From: a virus
Lineage: Duplodnaviria > Caudoviricetes
Strand: one strand, 5' to 3'
IMG/VR virus record: IMGVR_UViG_3300017747_004582
Coordinates: 1 to 44,252 of that record
Length of the DNA: 44,252 nt
Of the stretch, positions 16,616 to 24,843 are shown in pieces. A program made the translations under genes and the position numbers. Each line of letters starts with the position of its first letter. The first letter of the stretch is position 1. The notes beneath the pieces were generated by a model, which saw only the letters and a program-made list of their open reading frames with translations, was not told the origin of the DNA and did no database searches.

Positions 16616-19302
16616 TCGGAGCCGTCGTCGGCTTCATCTACGGCGGCCCGGCTGGGGCATCGCTTGGGTGGTCGCTGGGCGCCGCTGTCGGCGGCCTTGT
16701 CGATCCGCAGGGCATCAAGGGCCCGGGTATCGGCGACATCGCGCAGCAGACGAGCCAGGAGGGCGTCCCACGGCCGATCGTGTTCGGCCTATCGCAGCCC
16801 ATGGCTGGCAACATCATCGTCAGCGGCGAACCTCGCGTTGTCAAAAAGAAGAAGAGCGGCAAGGGTGGTCCTAAGGTCGAGACCGAAAGCGTCTACAGGA
16901 CGTATGCGATTCGCATCTGCGAAGGTCCGATCAGCGCCGTGCTTCGAGTGTGGAAGAACAACCAGCTCGTGTACGACGCGCGGGCGACCTCTGAACTGAG
17001 CTCTGAGGACAACGCGAACTTCTTGCGTACGGCGAGGTTCTTTCTCGGATCTTTTACGCAGAACCCATCGCCTGACCTCGAGGCGCTGTTCGGGGTAGGG
17101 ACGACGCCTGCGCATCGCGGCACGGCGTATATGGTCATGGCCGATGACGACCTGACTGACATGCGAGGCGCGATCCCTTCGTATCAGTTCCAGGTGTACA
17201 ACGGCACGCTGAGCGAGTTGTTCGGGGTCGGTAGCGCGTGGCAGTGGCAGTACGCTGCCGGGCTCGACGTTCCCTCTGATCCGTGGACTCTCCCTGACAG
17301 CGGATGGAACAGCGCGCTCCCGCAACCTTTCGGCTACGCTCCGGGAGGGGTGACGATCGGATCCAACCCGATTCGCAGCTACTGGGCTCCCGCCACGCAT
17401 CTCTGGATGCGTCGAACGGTGAAAATCAACATCCCGATCACAGGGATGACGATCGCGATCGAGGCAGAGAACGCCGGCTACGTGTGGTGGGACGGCGTTT
17501 ACCTGGGCGCGGCGAACCCTACGAACGTGCAGGTGCCTTCGACGACGTCGGGCGACTTGGCAGTGCCGGCCGAACTTCTAACGGAAGGCGAACACGAGGT
17601 GATCGTCTACGGTCTCGACGAGCCGTCGTCGGAGTCGAATCCGAGTGGCAGTCACACGTATATGCGCCTGACCGGCATCGCGCAGGGAGCGATCCCGTTG
17701 GCGCAGATCGTGTCGGCGGTGTGCGAGCTGGCCGGGATGGAAGACACGATGTACGATGTCTCGCAGCTCGACGGATTCGTCGCAGGCGTGACGATCATCA
17801 ACACGTATCCTGCGTATACAGTTCTGCAGTCGCTGTCGCAGGTGTTCTTCTTCGCCCCGTCGAACTACGACGGCCGCTTGCACTTCGTGCCGGGCGGAGG
17901 TGACTCCGTTGCTACGATCACCGAAGACGACATGGTCGACGATCACGACCAGGACATCGAGCAGACGCAGCGTGAGGATGCTATCGCCGTGCCTCGCACG
18001 ATGAACCTGCTCTATTACGACGTGGCAGGCGGCCTTGCGACCGACAAGCAGACGAGCGAGCGAGCCGGTGACAGGCGCGCCCAGGGCGAGCAGTCTATGC
18101 AGAGCGCCGTGGTCATGACGAGCAAGCAGGCAGCCAGGGCGGTGGCCGTTAACCACAAGGTCTCTGTTGAAGAGTTGCGAGGGAGCCTGAAGTTCTGCCT
18201 CCCCGACAGCTGGCTCGAGCTGGTGCCGGCGAATCCTGTCGTCGTCCAGTGGAACGGCAGGAGCGAGCGATGTCGCATCACGAAGCTCGAGGTGTTCGAC
18301 GGCTATCAGCAGTACGAGCTTTTCCACGATCGGCAGAGCTCGTACACTAGTCAGGTCGAGGGCATCCCAGCTGCTCCGTCCACGCCGCCACCTAGCAACG
18401 TTGTCGGACCGACGTTGATCGAGCCGCTGGACATTCACATCGTGCGCGACGTCGACGACAACGCGGGCCTGATCATGTACGTCGCAATCTCCGGCACGAT
18501 GCCGGCGTGGACGGGCGCGCAGATCGAGCTGTCGTATGACGGTGGGCTGAACTACATCGATAGCCTGACCAGCGGGACAGATTCGACGATGGGCTTCTTG
18601 GAGTCGTCGCTACCTGATCACCCTCAAGCCTATCCCGATCAGACCAACACGATCGCTGTCGAGATCCAGACGCCCTACGCTGAGCTCGAGGATACTGACC
18701 TGCGTGGCATGCTTAACAAATTGAACCTGGCGATCGTGGGTGACGAGATCATCCAGTTCGCCAACGCGGACGAGACCAGCGAGGGTCATTGGGAACTGTC
18801 GCTGCTGCTCCGCGGGCGCAAGGGCACGCTGACTCGAGAGCACGCCCCTGGCGAGCGCTTCGTCCTGCTCGACCCTGGCGCCCTGGGCGTGATCCCGCTG
18901 GGCGTCTCTGACATCGGCCGTACGTTCACGTTCCGAGCCATCTCGTTCGGTGAGGACGAGTCGACGGCGACTGTAGTGTCGGTCGTGTACCAAGGGCAGA
19001 GCCAGATCGAGCGAAGGGTCGGGTACCTGCGCGGTCGACTCGACGGCTCAACGGCGATCGTTGACTGGCAGGGCGTCGGCCGGCTGGGCGCCGGAGCTAC
19101 AGCTACCCAGGCCTTGCGCTTCTCAGGGTACCATGTCACCTTCGCCGGGTCAGTCACGGGCGAACTGATCGAGGTCGACACGACAGCTGAGCACCTGGAG
19201 CAGAACGTCTCGTCGCTCACGCAACCGATCAGGGTCGCCGTCAGCCAGGTCAACGACCTGACGGGTGAAGGCCCAGAGACAGAGATTTACCTGGGAGCTT
19301 AG
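16591..19302 (+). CDS. Tail tip/host-specificity protein (GTA-like)
   Basis: GVPRPIVFG, YAIRICEGPI, PAHRGTAY, LLRGRKGT...HAPGERFVLL. Confidence 0.9.
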   Translation: MARYVLPVVGAVVGFIYGGPAGASLGWSLGAAVGGLVDPQGIKGPGIGDIAQQTSQEGVPRPIVFGLSQPMAGNIIVSGEPRVVKKKKSGKGGPKVETESVYRTYAIRICEGPISAVLRVWKNNQLVYDARATSELSSEDNANFLRTARFFLGSFTQNPSPDLEALFGVGTTPAHRGTAYMVMADDDLTDMRGAIPSYQFQVYNGTLSELFGVGSAWQWQYAAGLDVPSDPWTLPDSGWNSALPQPFGYAPGGVTIGSNPIRSYWAPATHLWMRRTVKINIPITGMTIAIEAENAGYVWWDGVYLGAANPTNVQVPSTTSGDLAVPAELLTEGEHEVIVYGLDEPSSESNPSGSHTYMRLTGIAQGAIPLAQIVSAVCELAGMEDTMYDVSQLDGFVAGVTIINTYPAYTVLQSLSQVFFFAPSNYDGRLHFVPGGGDSVATITEDDMVDDHDQDIEQTQREDAIAVPRTMNLLYYDVAGGLATDKQTSERAGDRRAQGEQSMQSAVVMTSKQAARAVAVNHKVSVEELRGSLKFCLPDSWLELVPANPVVVQWNGRSERCRITKLEVFDGYQQYELFHDRQSSYTSQVEGIPAAPSTPPPSNVVGPTLIEPLDIHIVRDVDDNAGLIMYVAISGTMPAWTGAQIELSYDGGLNYIDSLTSGTDSTMGFLESSLPDHPQAYPDQTNTIAVEIQTPYAELEDTDLRGMLNKLNLAIVGDEIIQFANADETSEGHWELSLLLRGRKGTLTREHAPGERFVLLDPGALGVIPLGVSDIGRTFTFRAISFGEDESTATVVSVVYQGQSQIERRVGYLRGRLDGSTAIVDWQGVGRLGAGATATQALRFSGYHVTFAGSVTGELIEVDTTAEHLEQNVSSLTQPIRVAVSQVNDLTGEGPETEIYLGA

Positions 19303-19303
19303 C

Positions 19304-20050
19304 ATGCCAGACACACCGAACAGAGGTATCCCGTACGTGCCGGAGGGGACGCTGGACCCCGCCGCCGGGTTGAACCTCGCGCTGAACGTCATCGATGCCC
19401 TGCTGCAGACAGCGGTCATCTCGATGGATGAGACGACGCCGCCGGCCACGGGTGCCGATGGGGACCTGTACATCGTGGGCGTGGGTGCGACGGGCGCCTG
19501 GTCGGGGCAGGACAACAATCTCGCGCGGTTCGTCGATGAGGGAAACTTCTGGGAGTTCTTCGAAGCCGGCACGCAGGTGTTCTTCATCGTCAACCTCGAA
19601 GACGGCAACTTGTACAAGTATCTCGACTCCTCGCCCGGGCCGGGGTGGGTCGTCGCGGCCGGCATCCCTGAAGCGCCCAACGACGGCGAGACGTATGTCA
19701 GACAATCTCTCGATTGGGTAGCAGCGATCATTCCTCCGCAGTATGCGCCGGTGATCGACGAGAGCGACGAGATCACCGATGCCATCGCTGGTGTCTTCGG
19801 GAACTACACCCGGTTCTCGCATGTCTCCGCCATCTATCACTTCTCCGATTCTGAAGCCTACGAGATCGGCGCCGAGTACCACGGTCGCTATACGGGAATC
19901 GGCGTGCTGACGATCACCGGCGACACCGGGTTCACGATCAACGCCCCGGCCGGCGGTTCGCTGCAGATTCCGCAGGGCGGCACGTTCACGGTGAAAATCG
20001 TCGCAGCCGACGAGGCTGATCTGTTCGGCGTCACGGTGCCCGCAACATGA
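19304..20050 (+). CDS. DUF2793-containing tail fibre protein
   Basis: ALNVIDALLQ, GDLYIVG.GATGAWSGQDNNLA, EAPNDGETYVR. Confidence 0.8.
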   Translation: MPDTPNRGIPYVPEGTLDPAAGLNLALNVIDALLQTAVISMDETTPPATGADGDLYIVGVGATGAWSGQDNNLARFVDEGNFWEFFEAGTQVFFIVNLEDGNLYKYLDSSPGPGWVVAAGIPEAPNDGETYVRQSLDWVAAIIPPQYAPVIDESDEITDAIAGVFGNYTRFSHVSAIYHFSDSEAYEIGAEYHGRYTGIGVLTITGDTGFTINAPAGGSLQIPQGGTFTVKIVAADEADLFGVTVPAT

Positions 20051-20217
20051 TTGCCGGGATCGTAGCGGGTGGCGGCGGATACGTGCCACCGGATCCCAAC
20101 GTGGATCCGTACTGGGCGGACGTGATCCTGCTGGTCGACGCCTCGAAGAAGTCAGACGAGGTCGACCCAAATTGGTCGGACGTGATTCTGCTGATCGACA
20201 ACTCTAAGAGGACCTGA
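20047..20217 (+). CDS. 56-aa peptide with two DPxWxDVILL repeats (detached fibre N-terminal motif)
   Basis: Translated by hand: MIAGIVAGGGGYVPPDPNVDPYWADVILLVDASKKSDEVDPNWSDVILLIDNSKRT; ATGA overlap. Confidence 0.65.
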   Translation: MIAGIVAGGGGYVPPDPNVDPYWADVILLVDASKKSDEVDPNWSDVILLIDNSKRT

Positions 20218-20218
20218 G

Positions 20219-20824
20219 ATGAGCGGCGACTATTCAGCATCGAACAGGGTCTTGAGTTGGATCGCGAGCACGGTCACGACTCAGGGCGAAGAGATCATCC
20301 TGCCGGGTTCGACGACGAACAACATCACCGCGCCTGACAGCAACGATTGGGCGTTCTCCGGTGACTTTTGCATCGAGCTATTTGGCATGCAGATCACCAA
20401 CAACACGCTGCGCCACGGGCTCATCTCCCACTACAACGCGTCGGGCGACCAGCGGTCGTGGGGATTCGACTATCGTGGCGACCAGTCGCCCAAGCGGTTC
20501 AGCGCGCAGTTCAGCACGAACGGCACTGCGGTGGCTGGGACGGTCGAAGGTAACATCGATCTGACCAACAACACGTCGTACGACGTCTGCATCGAACGCG
20601 CTGGCACGACGGTCCGGATCTACGTCAACGGCACGATGGTCGGTAGCGGCACGATCTCTGGTGCGCTGTTCAACTCGAACCAGCTGCTGGACATCGGGAT
20701 GGGCATTGCGCAGACGGCGACGCCGTGGATCGGGAGGTTCAAGGCGATCAGGATCACTCGTACGTCTCGTTATGCCAGCGACAGCGGGTACGTGGTACCT
20801 TCTCTCCCGCTCCCGACGCAGTGA
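20219..20824 (+). CDS. LamG/concanavalin-like lectin domain, putative receptor-binding protein
   Basis: GDFCIE, ERAGTTVRIYVNG, IRITRTSRY...VPSLPLP. Confidence 0.8.
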   Translation: MSGDYSASNRVLSWIASTVTTQGEEIILPGSTTNNITAPDSNDWAFSGDFCIELFGMQITNNTLRHGLISHYNASGDQRSWGFDYRGDQSPKRFSAQFSTNGTAVAGTVEGNIDLTNNTSYDVCIERAGTTVRIYVNGTMVGSGTISGALFNSNQLLDIGMGIAQTATPWIGRFKAIRITRTSRYASDSGYVVPSLPLPTQ

Positions 20825-20837
20825 TGAGGAATTTGAG

Positions 20838-21317
20838 ATGTTCGACAGACTCGCTTCGCTCTTCTTCGGTGACATCCCACCCGATCAGCGTCAGTTCGTG
20901 ACGCGGCTGCTGTTTCGCGGGGTGTTCTTCGTCCATATCGCGTGGGCCTGCGGCTGGCTGGCCCTGGCCGGGCTCCCGCTGCAGGGATTCGCCAATGCGT
21001 CGGACGTCGCGCAGGTCAAGGAGGAGCTGACGCAGAAGATGGAAGAGGTGAAGCGCAAGGTCGATTCAGTCGAGGCATCCGTATCCCGAGCCCAGAGGCA
21101 ACAGCTCAGGGCAGCGATGGAGACCGAGGTGCGCCGGCTCGATCAGGAGATCTTCAACATCGAGGCACGGCAACAGGAGCTGACCCAGGCCGGACTGCGG
21201 CCGGATCGGATCTACGCCGAACGGCTAGCCGAGCTACGCGCCTCCAAGAGCAGGGTAGAATCTCGCCTTCGGGCCTTCATGACGGCCAACCCCGACATCG
21301 CCGGAGACGCGCTGTGA
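20838..21317 (+). CDS. Membrane-anchored coiled-coil protein upstream of the endolysin (possible holin or lysis accessory)
   Basis: RBS GAGGA; hydrophobic segment followed by a coiled coil. Confidence 0.55.
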   Translation: MFDRLASLFFGDIPPDQRQFVTRLLFRGVFFVHIAWACGWLALAGLPLQGFANASDVAQVKEELTQKMEEVKRKVDSVEASVSRAQRQQLRAAMETEVRRLDQEIFNIEARQQELTQAGLRPDRIYAERLAELRASKSRVESRLRAFMTANPDIAGDAL

Positions 21318-21757
21318 ACTACACGCCTCGTCAACGAACAGACTTCATCGCGGTCCACTGCTCCGCCACGCCTCCGTCGCGCAACGTCGACGAGCACGAG
21401 ATCCGTGAGTGGCACACGAAGCAGGGCTGGACCGACATCGGCTACAACATCGTGATCCCTCGCAACGGCGAGATCCAGGTGGGCAGGCCGCTCGACTACG
21501 CGGGGGCCCACGTGGCCGGGTACAACGCTCGAGCCCTGGGCATCTGCCTCGTCGGTGGAGTGGACGAGAAGGGCAAGGCGCAAAACAACTTCACGCCGGC
21601 CCAGTTCGAGGCGCTGATCATCGCGCTGCGCTTCGCCAGGCGCTACGCGCCGGGCGCGAAGATCCAGGGGCATCGGGACTTTCCCAACGTAGCCAAGGAT
21701 TGCCCGAGCTTCGACGTACGGGCGTGGCTCAAGGAAGCCGCGCCGGACCTGCTGTGA
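21314..21757 (+). CDS. Endolysin, T7-lysozyme-like N-acetylmuramoyl-L-alanine amidase
   Basis: VHCSAT, DIGY, GAHVAGYN, GHRDF...KDCPSFDV; GTG start at 21314. Confidence 0.92.
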   Translation: MNYTPRQRTDFIAVHCSATPPSRNVDEHEIREWHTKQGWTDIGYNIVIPRNGEIQVGRPLDYAGAHVAGYNARALGICLVGGVDEKGKAQNNFTPAQFEALIIALRFARRYAPGAKIQGHRDFPNVAKDCPSFDVRAWLKEAAPDLL

Positions 21758-21784
21758 TTCACCAACGCCCTTGAGGAGAAGACG

Positions 21785-22381
21785 ATGAAGAAGTATTCGA
21801 TGATTCTGGTCGGCCTGCTAGCCTTGGTCACAGCGCCGGCGTTCGGCGCGACGACGTTCAATGCCAGCGTGACCAGCGCTGACGGCCAACTGCTGACGAC
21901 GCTCACGTGGAACAGCGATCGGGCGTCGTGCGTCGCGAGCGGGCACGAGGCATGGACGGGACCCAAGCCGTCGAGCGGCAGCCTGGAGCTCCCGGCCATC
22001 ACGCTCTCCGGCACGTACTCGCTCACGCTTTCGTGCGCGACCCCTGCCGATCGCAATGCCACGGTGAGCTGGGTCAACCCGACGCAGAACACCGATGGCT
22101 CCGCGCTGACCGACCTGGCCGGGGTGCGGGTCTACTTCGGTCAGGGCCCGACGCTTACGCAGTTCAGGTTCGTACCGACACCTACGACGCAGACGGTGTT
22201 CGAGCAGCTGGCCGACGGCACGTGGAGGTTCTCGGCGACCGCGATCAACTCGCGAGACGTGGAGAGCACTCGTTCTAACGAAGTCAGCAAGGTCATCACA
22301 GGCGAGGTCGCGGATGCAGAGTCCGTCAAGCTCACCGTCAACCCTGTGCCCATGGCGCCGTCGGGTTTGACGGTCGAGTAA
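21785..22381 (+). CDS. Secreted Ig/fibronectin type III-like protein
   Basis: Sec signal peptide (..APAFG); ATVSW.NPTQNTDGSALTDLAG.RVYFG, GTWRF.ATAIN..VES..SNE. Confidence 0.75.
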   Translation: MKKYSMILVGLLALVTAPAFGATTFNASVTSADGQLLTTLTWNSDRASCVASGHEAWTGPKPSSGSLELPAITLSGTYSLTLSCATPADRNATVSWVNPTQNTDGSALTDLAGVRVYFGQGPTLTQFRFVPTPTTQTVFEQLADGTWRFSATAINSRDVESTRSNEVSKVITGEVADAESVKLTVNPVPMAPSGLTVE

Positions 22382-22399
22382 GCGCAACATCGAAGAGGA

Positions 22400-23086
22400 G
22401 TGCAGACTATGTTGGAGATCATCAAGAAGCTCGATTCCGGAACGGTCCGGGGTCTCATCGTGGCGACGATCCCGCTGATCGTCCTGATCGCGTCGTTCTT
22501 CGGCATCGACGAGGCCATGTTCAAGGCTAACCTCGAAGGCTGGGGCGAGAAGATCGTGGCCCTGGTGTCCTTGGCCGGCGTGGCATGGGCGGCCTATGCG
22601 CGCCTCCTGAAGCCCACCCCACCCCTGACCGAGACGGCCGCCAAGCTGACCCAGGAGCGCCTGGTCCAGGAAGCGGCCGGAAAGCAAGGGGGTTATGCGG
22701 GGGTGGGGCTGCTGGGGCTGACGGCGGCGCTCTCCTTAGCCCTGATGGCGCTGGCCGGGTGCGCCCAGCTGGGCCTCCAGACCTCCGGGACGTTCAACGA
22801 TCGGCTGGCCGGCGGCTACAGCCTCGTCACGGCGATCTCTGACGGCGCGGGCATCATGCTCGATAGCAAGGTCAGGGCCGCTGAAGGCAAGCCGGACAGG
22901 GACGCCCTGATCGCGGCCGCCAAGGCCGACGCCCAGAGCCTGAAGGACCAGGCGCAGTCGGCGAAGGACGCGCTGGACGCCGCTCGAGCGTTGAGGGGGG
23001 TCGACTTCCAGTCGGCCGAGCAGCGCCTGGCCTCGACGTTGCTGGTCCTGGAGGCGTTGCAGAGATACTTGGAGGATGCACGATGA
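22400..23086 (+). CDS. Two-TM holin-like domain joined to an internal lipobox and a helical domain
   Basis: Two TM segments, KQGGY, a hydrophobic stretch ending LAGC, then an Ala-rich helical domain. Confidence 0.6.
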   Translation: MQTMLEIIKKLDSGTVRGLIVATIPLIVLIASFFGIDEAMFKANLEGWGEKIVALVSLAGVAWAAYARLLKPTPPLTETAAKLTQERLVQEAAGKQGGYAGVGLLGLTAALSLALMALAGCAQLGLQTSGTFNDRLAGGYSLVTAISDGAGIMLDSKVRAAEGKPDRDALIAAAKADAQSLKDQAQSAKDALDAARALRGVDFQSAEQRLASTLLVLEALQRYLEDAR

Positions 23087-23271
23087 CAACCGCTGAAGCA
23101 CTGGCGCTCATGATAGCGCTGACCCGAGAGCTCAACTCCCTGGCGATCGCCTACAAGGCGGCTCGCGACGACGGCAGGGACGAGCTGACAGAGGCCGAGA
23201 CGAGCACGTTCTCGGTTCGAGCCGACACCGCGCTGAAGAACCTTCAGGCGAAGATCGACGCTCTGTCCTGA
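23083..23271 (+). CDS. Small helical protein, last gene of the late operon
   Basis: ATGA overlap; RBS GGAGG. Confidence 0.6.
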   Translation: MTTAEALALMIALTRELNSLAIAYKAARDDGRDELTEAETSTFSVRADTALKNLQAKIDALS

Positions 23272-23281
23272 CCCCCGGTGG

Positions 23282-23305
23282 GCCCTGGCTCTAATCGGCC
23301 AGGGC
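23282..23305. terminator. Hairpin at the convergence of late and early transcription
   Basis: GCCCTGGC-N8-GCCAGGGC; no clear U tract. Confidence 0.35.
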
Positions 23306-23785
23306 TCTCCACACCGCGCCGCCGGCAAGGATCAGGATCCCGTAGAACGCGACGATGAGGGCGATCCAGCCCAGAGCCTTGAGGCAACCGGCTGGACTCC
23401 TCTCGATGATGCCGGGACTGTTCACCGGATCCAACTCGCCAGCGACGTACGCGTCCAGGTGATCCCTGGCGACAGCCTCGGTCTCGTAGGGACCGTAGCG
23501 CACCGACCACGACTCGTCCCAGAACCAGAAGCCCTCTTCGTCCTGGTGCACGGCGTCTCGGCGCCACGCCTCTGTCGCCTCCAGGTCGGCCTTGAGCTGG
23601 GTCAATCCCCTGATGTGCCGCTCCTCCGCCGCCTTGAGCGCGGCAACGTCGACCACCTCGTCGTCATCGGCCGGCTTCTGCCGGGAGCCTCGACACACAG
23701 CACAGAGCTGACGATACGGGTCGCGCAGCGTCCCAACGTCGATCCATTTGCCGGCACACCCCTCGACCTTGTGTCCGTCGTTCAT
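23291..23785 (-). CDS. Hypothetical protein with a C-terminal TM helix
   Basis: CxxC, WFWDE..YGPYETE..A, hydrophobic C-terminus; ATGA overlap. Confidence 0.6.
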   Translation of the reverse strand: MNDGHKVEGCAGKWIDVGTLRDPYRQLCAVCRGSRQKPADDDEVVDVAALKAAEERHIRGLTQLKADLEATEAWRRDAVHQDEEGFWFWDESWSVRYGPYETEAVARDHLDAYVAGELDPVNSPGIIERSPAGCLKALGWIALIVAFYGILILAGGAVWRALAD

Positions 23786-23982
23786 GACCGTCGCCTCGTG
23801 TAGAGTTTGTCGAAGATGGTCTCTCGCGCCACCTCGACCAGTTCAAGTGGATGCGACAGCACGATGTCCTCTGTGACGAATCCCGTCTGGACGTCGTAGC
23901 GCACCTGCCTTTCGACCTGACACCCCTGCGGCGTGGTGAACTTGCGGCGCTTCACCAGCACGTCTTGCGATGTCTTCTCCAT
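23782..23982 (-). CDS. Hypothetical protein
   Basis: RBS GGAGGT. Confidence 0.6.
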   Translation of the reverse strand: MEKTSQDVLVKRRKFTTPQGCQVERQVRYDVQTGFVTEDIVLSHPLELVEVARETIFDKLYTRRRS

Positions 23983-24044
23983 GTCGCACCTCCCGGACGG
24001 GCTCCGGCGGCGTTACGTCGAACAACCGCCGGGCCGTCCTGTCA

Positions 24045-24431
24045 TCAAGACGCCGGATCTACCGCCGGCTCGGACGATTCGCCCTTCGGCTCGGCTGCCT
24101 TCTTCGGGGCCTTGGCCTTCGCAGCCTTCTTGGGCGCCTTGGCCTTCGCGGCTTTGGGCTTGGCCTCGTGGGGCTCCGGGGCGACGAGCTTCTCCTTGCC
24201 GATCTGCTTCGCGACCCAGCGGACGTAGCCGCGAGTCGGCTTGGCCTTGGGGAAGTCCTTCTTCGCTCGCTCGATGATCTTGTCGACGTCCGACTGACCT
24301 GCCGTCAGCTCGTCCTTGATGAACTGCGCGACCGAGTCACGGGGCTTGCGCTTGGCGGCAAGGGCCTTGCCGTCGAGCTTCTTGCCGGACTTCTTGCCAG
24401 CCGCCTTCTTCGTTGCTTTCTTCGTAGCCAC
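24045..24431 (-). CDS. Histone H1-like basic protein (K/A-rich tails flanking a small globular domain)
   Basis: GTG start with RBS AAGGAG; ATKKATKKAAGKK and KAAKAKAPKK repeats. Confidence 0.7.
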   Translation of the reverse strand: MATKKATKKAAGKKSGKKLDGKALAAKRKPRDSVAQFIKDELTAGQSDVDKIIERAKKDFPKAKPTRGYVRWVAKQIGKEKLVAPEPHEAKPKAAKAKAPKKAAKAKAPKKAAEPKGESSEPAVDPAS

Positions 24432-24541
24432 AATCTTCTCCTTCGTCGTTGATGTAGAACTTCTGAACTTCGCATTGCCCCTGGCGATCGCCGCGACAGT
24501 CGTCGCGTCGGGTTGCCAGGCCCAGTCGGTGCGAACGGAGC

Positions 24542-24760
24542 TCACTCGCAACCACCTGACCCGCAGCCTGATGCGATGGACGTGATTGAGTCGGCGACGT
24601 CGCTGACGCTCGAATATTCGAGCATCTCGGCAACTTCGTCCTCATGGCTGGCGACGTACCGGAGCGAGGACGCGAGTCCCTTCTCCGTGACGATGCCGAC
24701 CTCGCGCATCGCCTGCAGTTCCTTTCGGACCTGATCCAGGCTGTCGTGTTTCGATGTCAT
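24542..24760 (-). CDS. Hypothetical early protein (72 aa)
   Basis: RBS GGAGGA; downstream of a predicted promoter. Confidence 0.6.
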   Translation of the reverse strand: MTSKHDSLDQVRKELQAMREVGIVTEKGLASSLRYVASHEDEVAEMLEYSSVSDVADSITSIASGCGSGGCE

Positions 24761-24794
24761 TGTCTGTGTCCTCCGTAGCTCGACCACGGACACC

Positions 24795-24840
24795 ACTCTA
24801 CCGACTCTGCTGTCGATGTACATAGGTAAAAGTGTAGAGC
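24795..24840 (-). promoter_or_regulatory. Early sigma70-like promoter with upstream box
   Basis: TGTACA-N16-TAGAGT with TCGG before the -10; box variant GGTAAAAGTGTAGAG on the + strand. Confidence 0.5.
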
Positions 24841-24843
24841 TCG

